A stretch of 64,000 nucleotides of DNA. Source: Schmidtea polychroa (taxonomy: Eukaryota). Positions 55,212 through 64,000 of the stretch are shown in pieces. A model generated the notes under the pieces. That model had not been told where the DNA came from. It worked only from the letters and a program-made list of their open reading frames with translations, and did not search any database. Each line of letters opens with the position of its first letter. Position 1 is the stretch's first letter. Position numbers and translations under genes: made by a program. The stretch lies in NCBI GenBank assembly GCA_044892525.1, contig CM097885.1, positions 53,012,001-53,076,000 of the forward strand, given 5' to 3'.

Positions 55212-58200
55212 GGAAAAATACTGAATTATTATTGATTAAAATATTTGAAGGGATAACATGTGGTATGAAATTATGCGTTAATAATCGATTACATCAACGG
55301 AAATTCACATGATTTGCACTATGAACTGTTACTAAATCATGTGTGAATGATATCAGTAAATGATATCAGACCTTAAAAAAAAATTTGACCTTGACCTTAA
55401 AAAATTTGACCTTGACCTTTAAAAAAATGACCTTGACCTGTCCTGGATGTGACATGTCCTGGAGGTGACACATCCTACTACTTATTCGTGCGTTTATATA
55501 AAGGGAGTTATAGTAGTAGTTTGTATTTTCCATCATGTGCGTGTTTTCGTCGTTGTTGGGTGTTTGTAAAATGTTTGTTGGGTTTGTTTGGTTTGATGCC
55601 ATTATTTGTTTTGTAGATGTCTTTTTGTTGATTGTAGTGCAAAGAAAATTGAGTTTGTTCAAGGATATGGCTTATTGTGTTCAGCCAAAAGAGTCACTAT
55701 CCTTTATACTTCTATAATAAGTATTCTGAAAGGCGTAGTGATTGAAGAAAATCGTCGAATGCGAGTGTTATGTTGTTTAGTATGCTTTGTTTCTGACACC
55801 AGTGTCATGGATATATTCTCAATAATGTATTCGTGCGTTTATATAGTTAGGGTTATAGGTTATTAAGTTTTTATTAATCATTGTGTAAAAGAGAAATACT
55901 GTAGAGCCCAGTCGAGTCTCCTATAAAAAAACTGTCTCAGGACAACTGGAGTGAATTTATGTAGTGTGGTTACAATATAAATAATAATAAACCAACAACA
56001 GCAATTATGAAACTTTAAACTTTCATTTACAAAATAATAATATGAAAAACCTTTAATTTCCAAGTTAGAGTTAGTTATATTCTGAATTCAACTGCCAAGT
56101 TCGTTAAATGCAAAGGATGGATGTTTTTCAGATTTTCGCTTGATATACTTTTGTTATTTCCAAGGTTTTGTTTCAAATAATTCTTTTTTTCGTGATAACT
56201 TGTATTTACTAATTTCCTAATTCTTTCTATTGAATTTTATTTTTGATCAATTTTTATATAGCGATAATTCACTATGGTAAATTATCTCTATATAGTTTTT
56301 TTTATCTTTTTTTACAAGCAACGTGCGACAACAGAACCATACAACAAAAATACAATTTAACAATGCATTACATGCGTATTAGCAAGATTGTGTTAATTTA
56401 AATTTAATAAACTTGACTATGAATCAGTAAAGACATCGATGTTTTTTAGATATATACACATTTTCGTCAATGTCCATTTTTTAATAAAAATATTTAAACA
56501 ACTTTATTTCAATATTATTGAAATAATTATTTAAAAAAATAATTTAAATAGTATAGTTCACTTAGAAATGGTAATACGAATGACGTTAAAATCCCTCACA
56601 CATCCCCCACACATTTAAACAAAATTTCTCAGTATTTTAAAAACTATATTAATTTTTAATTGTAAAACATATTTTTTTATAATATTAACATTGTCAACTG
56701 TCAGCTGCATTTATGAATTTATTTATTAAAATTGTTTTAATGGAATTTTCTAAATTATGAAAGCTTCTTGTGAAACATATTTCTGAAATTTCAATAAAAT
56801 TTCACGAGGTTTAAGAAAGTTCTATTCAATTTCATTGAGAAATAGATATATTTTCTGCCTCAAATTACGAAAAGATTGTAGCAAAAAATTCTTTTCGATT
56901 TTTGTTAAATTAATCCCATATTAAATTATTTAAATAATATTTTAATTTTTATAACCGATAAAATAAATTGTAAATTATTTTTCATTTTTTTAATTTTAAG
57001 TATGTAATTAAATTTGAAATTAAATTTTTATGATTCGTTAAAAATATTAAATATGGCAGGTTATTTAATGAAAGAAATTGATAGCCATTTTCAATTATAA
57101 TTAATTTCGACATTTATATTTAATATAGATGACAAAATATATATTAGGATAATAAATTAGCAATTAATTGTTAAAGATGGGGCAAATTAATATATACATG
57201 CTCATATTTACTTTTTAAATTGGAGACTATTTAACTATTATTTTTATTATTTTATTTATGTCGAAATGCATTAGTTAAATTATTTTTTACAAATCTGTCA
57301 AAGTCAATAATAGGAAGATCTACCTGAGGAAAAGTTCATTTAGTAGCTAGATTTAAAAGAAATAGTTACCGCAATTTCAAACTTAACAAAGAATGTTAGA
57401 CTAGAACTGTTGCTAGAACTTGTTACAGCTGGTGGATTGCAGGTAATCCACATTTTATCAGTTCGTATAATTTACGACTCAACTAAAAATGTAATGACTT
57501 GTTTAACCATCCGACACCCGTAGAGTAATCAACGTTGGTAATGTGTCGTATAGGTGAATACTCACGAGAAATGAGTGTACCTCCGTACACCGTAATAGTC
57601 TATCATTCAAATGGGTTTGCGGGCTGCCGATAGAAGAACATTGTCCAACTCCAGTTAGGTGCCTTTACTCTATGTTCCAATGACGCGAACCTTGGAATAT
57701 CGGCTTCCCAGTGGGTTATCCATCATGCTATAGTGTGAGCTGATCTTAACCCGCTGGGAATCTTCCACCAAATCAGTTGAATTTGGAACTAGAAAGAAAT
57801 ACAGATAAGTTTATTAATATATACACACAACACTAAAGTGTCGATTGAATATTTGAATTAGGAATCGGTCGGACGCCCTAGAATTCGAGCTCCGTCGCGG
57901 TATGTCGGCGAAGGCGTTCAACATTGCTCGATTTATTACACTTGGGAATTTTGCTCGGGTTGATAATCGTAGGAGGATTGGAGGTAGATGCGAACTTCCT
58001 ATCTGGTGGTCGAGTTGCTGGCTGTTCTGATAGGTGTTAATCGATAATGTTCTGGTGCCCTTGAGCATTCTGCTGTTTGAATTTCACTTTCAGGGTTCGT
58101 TTTCCACAGCGGTCTGCACCAACTACAACTATAGCGTCTTGAGTTACTAGAGGCGTTTCAATATCGTTTATGTATCTATTTCTCCACTTCTCGGAATACG

Positions 58201-60947
58201 GTTTCCCGGTCGTTTCACGTCTTTTCTAATAGCTTGATCACTAAATATTATAGTTGAAAATTAATGTCGGCAAAAGTTTAGATCAGCATCGCGAAGAGTA
58301 AATTATTTGAAATCCGATATTGTTTCATTCTGAAGCCTGAATTAATTATGTAATGGTATGGTATAAAGTTTCCAATGCCAGTTTCTAGTCGTCATTCACA
58401 TGGGTCACAGGAAATAAACCGATAAACGGAGTAGTACAACTACCATTTCATGTTGCACCCATCATGTTAATTACTTGTTATATGAAGTGACTGTGGGCCG
58501 AAAAACAATGTGCGATGTTAGGCTGAGAAACTAATCCCGTTTAAAAAGAAAAATAAAACAGTAACTCAAAATTCCAGGCTCTATCGTTTATTTAATCTTA
58601 CACAGAATTAAAACAACTTGTGAATTTTTGTCACGATTTAATTTTGGCGAATTCATTGGAAAGTTATAGAAGTTTTTTAAAATATTTTATGTTGTTTCAG
58701 TGATTTTATTAGATAATATCTATTTATTTTAATTCTTATGTTATTTCAGGTTAGTTTTTTTGCTTATTTCATTCTTAAGGTTTTATTCTTTAGTTAATTT
58801 CCACTGGCTACTGGGTGACCATGATGGATTTCGCTGATTTTATGGAATATTTTAGTTTTCTGTTCATTTTTATGGTATATTTTGTTATCCCTACTTCATT
58901 TTCTGATGTTATTTTGTGGAAATCTTTCGCCAATAATTCAAATCTGCTTACTTCTGTTATGTATCTATGTTGCTCTTGAGTGGCTTTCATGTATTACTTT
59001 TTGCTTTTGTTTCATTTTAGTTAATTTTTGTGTTTCGTGAATTCTATTTAGTTATTTAATTGATGTTTTAGCGTGTTTTACTCAACTTGATGTTATGTTT
59101 GCGTGATATGTCCCGACGTTATTCAGTCACGATTCAACCACGTGGGCTCAAAATCAGTTCTAACCCAACACAGCTAATATATTCATGTCCATAAAAGATA
59201 TAATTAAATAGGCAAGGTTTACGTTATACTGAAATATAGATTCAATGAAGGTTCTTCTTATATCTACTTAACTAATTAAAATAGGAACCTACATAATTGT
59301 TTGATAACTTTATAATAAACTTCCTCGAGGCAACTCAGTAAATGTCCACCTCTCGCACTCTTTCTCATAAAGAATACTTGTTTAAATAGCACTTAATAAG
59401 ATCCGATAGAGACCCATAGTATTGTGAGAATTCAGTTTCAATTCTTCAATGAAATTGGTATAATAACTATGGAATTAGAAATGAAAGACTACAATAGAAA
59501 GTATCAATCAAAACTCCTCGACTTCAAACCAAATTTAATGTATTTGATATTGTAAGGATAAGCATTAGCAATCACACTATCTAGTTAATGATTGTGATTA
59601 TAAGAAATATGGAAAATGAAAATTGGTTTCCAGCTTTCCATTGAAAACATGACTTCAAACCTAACCGACTTAGACATATATGACAAACTAGGTTCAACAG
59701 AAGCCGAAAAATTCTTTATCAACGCTCTAATAGACAGATACTCATTCGAAGCCTTAAAAGATTAGAGTTTAGATCGCTTGTTTGTAAAAGTAATTCTTAA
59801 AATCTGGTATTCAAAAATTTCAGACATCAAATTATTATTGCTACCAAATCATTCAAATCCTTAAAGAAAACAATGATTATCACTAATTTGGTGTTTGTCA
59901 GAATTAGGAAATTTACATTTTGTAAATTAATTTTTGTTTTAATTTAAATAAATAAACTTCTGTAACTAAATAACGATGCTAAATTATAGTTGTTGGTTAG
60001 ATCGCTAATTTATCTTTTGTTTAATATTTAATATTAAATAACATTTACCGATTGATTTATTCCATTTATATAGTTCTATAGGAGTCTCACTACTTATTGG
60101 GCACACCACGTATTATCAAGATTTAAAAATGTAATGGCCAATCGTACAAAATTTCCACTTATAGTAAGGATTTATGAAAATAAAGTATCTTATGTAGTTA
60201 CACCTTATTGTACAGGATGTGGCCTCGGTAAAGAAGTCTGGAGATTCATATCTCTCTGTGTCAACAACTTCTACCGACGTTCCAATATTTCTTTTATTTT
60301 TGAAGGTGTCCTTGAGGACGTGTTGGATCAATGAAAGCAAATAATCTATCAACGTCATTTATTAAAGTTATTTAAGTAATGAAAAAATGTGGAGAAAAAA
60401 GTACCTTAACCTCTGCCATTGTTTCTTAGCAATACTTTTGAAAATATTAGAAAACCCAATTTTACAATACTTGGCAATATTTGTTCCATTAAATATTAGA
60501 GAATTTAAATATTATAAACAAACTCCTCCAATCTTCTTAAACTTCATTTACTGACGGGAAGTATGTGATAATGATCAAAGTGAAATTTTTGTTTCCAAAT
60601 TAAAATGATTAATGATAATAAAATTTTAATTGAAATATTAATTTTATTAGATTTTAAAATATTGCATTTGTCTTTAGTTTTTCCGTTGTAAATTTCTCCC
60701 CTTTTCCTCCGAAAAATAATGAATTTTACATTTTATTGATTTTCACTTTTTGAAATTACATTTATTATTTTTTTAATTAAATTTGCACAATTTTTTATAA
60801 TCTCAATAGATGATTCATAACTCAAACACTCAAAACGTACTGATTAGATTATTATACGTAAAAAATAAAAAAGATTAATGTAAAAAATTAATAGATTTAA
60901 CACATTTTACATATCTGTGAACCATAAAATTATTCAAAATTTCCATC

Positions 60948-60989
<42 letters not shown>

Positions 60990-61849
60990 TAATATAAATA
61001 TTCCCAAAAAAACGTTTTCTAATTGATTTTCAGTGCCTTTCGGGTCGATAAAATAGTAAATGTCATGGCTATCAAATGTCTAAATTATTGTAAAATATTT
61101 GTCATTTGACATTTAACGTTCAGATTGAAATTTTCGAAAATTATTAATAAATGATAATTTTGTTTAAAGTTTTTACGGCAGAAACTTTTACCAGATTTTG
61201 TAATATTTGTCAAATAATTTTAGAATATTTTTAACTAGGTGATTTATTTGTTCAATGATTGTATTGGCATTCCAAATTATACTTCTTCAAATTATTATTT
61301 TCAAAGTAATAAACTGAAATAGTTAAAGAAATTATAAAAAAGCGCCACGCAATCACCCAATATATTTCGACAGTCTCACTGTCTTTAGAAATTTCAGTGA
61401 ATAGAAACTGGTATCAAAATCGAAGTTCAGTCGATACAATAGAAATTCTAATCAAGAAAATGATCAAAACAATAGAGAAAACGTAGCTGCAGTATAAGAT
61501 GACGGACCGAACGACTATAATGGACAATCAGAAATATCGGGAAATGCCAAAGCTCCAAACAGAGGGGATATTTTAGGAGCGATAAATCACATGTAAGCAA
61601 TGACAATTTGTTGAGGCCCCTAAATGCTGAATGTAATGAATGTTTGTTGATTGTTTGTTTGATAATCTAAATGTTGATTTTTTCCCCAATCAAAAATTTG
61701 ATTCTGATTTTTATTTAATTAATAATTGTAATACTGGACAAAATGTGAATGACTGTATATTTGTGAGTGATTGTGATAAAAATGAATGTTTTTTAAATAT
61801 ATCTAATAAAAAATTAAAATTACCGAGTGTTAATGTTATTAAAGATATA

Positions 61850-64000
61850 TATGATATAGGATATTGTAATGTAGATGGTAGACCATTTAATAATGTTAAA
61901 TTAAATAATGTGACTTTTATTTTATTATTTAACACAGGATAAAAAATAAGTGTTTTATCCCAATCGATTGCTGAAAAATTGAATTTAAATTTTTTAATGA
62001 AGGAAATAGAAAGGTATCTTGCACAAACGTTAGTATGTTAGGGATTTTAGGGAAAGTTTCTCTAATAAAGAAATAAAGAAATAACTGGAGAATTTTTCGT
62101 TGCTAAGGAAATATACCCAGAAGTAATTGTAGGAATAGATTTATTGAATTCTTTAAATATTAAGTTAGTTGAATTTTGTAATGAAAATGTCCTCAGTTTG
62201 CAAGCAAAATTTGGTAATAATTTAAAAGTAAATAATAAAAATAAATTTTTGAATGAAATATTGAAAATAGAAAAATGCAATCCGATATATGAAATAGTTG
62301 TTGAATTCTCAGATATTTTTATATATAATAAATGGGATATAGGCAAAACAGATATTTTAAAATACAGAATAGAAACTAATTGCAACCCAATACCAATTAA
62401 GCCGCGGCGACAACCAATGCATTATGAAGAAAAACTAGAGGAAATTGTTAAAAATCTAGAGGGAAAATAAAATTATAGAGAAATGCGAATCACCTTGGAA
62501 TTCACCAATAGAATGTGTGCCAAAAAAGGGAACTTCTGAAATTCGGATGTGTTTGGATTTTAGAATTTCAAATTCAAATACAGTTAGACGAGCTTTTACA
62601 ATTCCCAATGTTAATGAAATGCTCGATTCTTTGTATGGGGCCAAATATTTTTCTTCGATCGACTTAGAAAATGCCTATTATCAAGTTGAATTGGATGAAG
62701 CGAGTAAATTGAAAACCGCATTTTCTACAAGACAGGGCCAATTTTGTTTTAATAGGATGCCTTTTGGGATAGCTGCCGCACCATCAACATTTCAAAAATT
62801 TATGACATTAATAATTGGAGATATGATGTGGAATGAAGCATTAGTCTATTTAGATGACATATTGATCTTTTCAAAAACTACTGAAGAACAAAATGAAAGA
62901 ATAAATAAACTTTTCCTTAGAATTAGGAAATCGGAACTAAAAATTAACCCTGAGAAATGCAAGTTCTTAGTATCTGAATTAAAGTTTCTTGGATATATAA
63001 TTAATGAAAAAGGTATCAAAACAGATCATTCTAAGATTGAAACAATTAAAAATGTAAAGCAGCCTAATTGTGTGAAACATCTTAGGAGTTTTTTAGGATT
63101 GTGTAATTACTATAGAAAATTTTTTCGAAACTACTCAAAATAGCTAGGCCATTGGAATCTTTGATTGGAGGTAAAAACAAAAGTATTATTTGGACATCAC
63201 AATGTGAAAAAGCTTTTGACAAGTTAAAACATAGTTTGATCAGTGCACCATTACTATGACATCCGGATTTTAATAAAACGTTCATTTTAGATCCCGATGC
63301 TAGTTTTGATTGTATTGGCGCTGTTTTATCGCAGAGATGGCAATAATGAAGAAAAGATAATCGCATATGGGTCATAAAGTATGAATAAACATGAAATTGA
63401 GTACTGTATAACAAGGAATGAATTATTATCTATTTTCCATTTTACACAGCATTTTAAACATTATCTCTATGGGAAAGATTTTATTTTAAGAACTGATAAT
63501 AAGGTAATCACATTTATGCTAACTACTAAAAAACCAATTACCGCTCAGTTTCAAAATTGGATAAATTTTTTAAGTATTTTGGACTTGAAATTAGAACATC
63601 GCAAAGATGAGAAGCACAATAATGCCGTCGTACTATCACGACTGAATATAGAAAATTTCACACAATGTCAGATGAATCATATTGATACTAAAGCAGAAAA
63701 AAATTAAAACTAAAATTTTAGCAATGTCAATAGAAGATCAAACATTTAAATGGCAAAATAATTCTGAAGAAATAATGAAAATAAAAGAAAGCATCCAGAA
63801 CGGCAAAATTGAAGATTATTATGTGGACAATGGAATTATTATGACTCATAATAATAAAATATATATTCCTTCATATAGGAAAAACGATTTTATTCTAGAA
63901 ATCTATAAAAAATTGTGTCATTCAGGAATCAACAAAACTACAAATTACATAAAGAATTATTACAATTTCCAAGAAATGGATAAAAGTATCAAGAGAATTA
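61850..64000 (+). pseudogene. Decayed Ty3/Gypsy pol (protease, RT, RNase H, start of integrase); runs off the window
   Basis: LLFNTG (DTG-like), RMCLDFR, KTAFST, RMPFG, VYLDDILIFS, LRSFLGLCNYYRKF, DASFDCIGAVL, LRTDNK; many stops and frameshifts. Confidence 0.9.

Noticed and set aside
57400..59900. GC-richer stretch and gag-like fragments
   Set aside because: No sustained ORF or diagnostic motif. Probably an old retroelement remnant, but the call cannot be supported.

Overview
Very AT-rich eukaryotic DNA with (ATT)n microsatellites and 37-53 nt GT-AG introns. It looks like a planarian or similar flatworm, which is an inference from composition only. There are three host genes: a partial spliced gene at the left edge, an intronless CYP2-clan cytochrome P450, and an intronless Dop1R2-like dopamine GPCR. 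The rest is mostly mobile DNA: a Tigger/pogo element, a Tc1/IS630-like relic, several hAT/Buster elements and MITEs, and a decayed Ty3/Gypsy pol. The main content is two Maverick/Polinton endogenous DNA viruses with TIRs and 6-bp TSDs. Mav-A (20295-32371) lacks pPolB and sits at the centre of a four-level transposon nest; Mav-B (39885-55482) retains pPolB. Both carry the canonical core: integrase with chromodomain, packaging ATPase, major and minor capsid proteins, cysteine protease, PW-like and pX-like proteins. They also carry an unusual, largely intron-hidden accessory set: a divergent TATA-binding-protein (TBP) homolog in both, a spliced Bcl-2 homolog and a secreted/GPI-like coiled-coil glycoprotein in Mav-A, an IAP-type RING gene in Mav-B, a spliced acidic tandem-SIM microprotein in both, a possible OB-fold SSB, and an overprinted myristoylation-motif ORF. 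All protein calls come from motif recognition by eye; no database searches were run.
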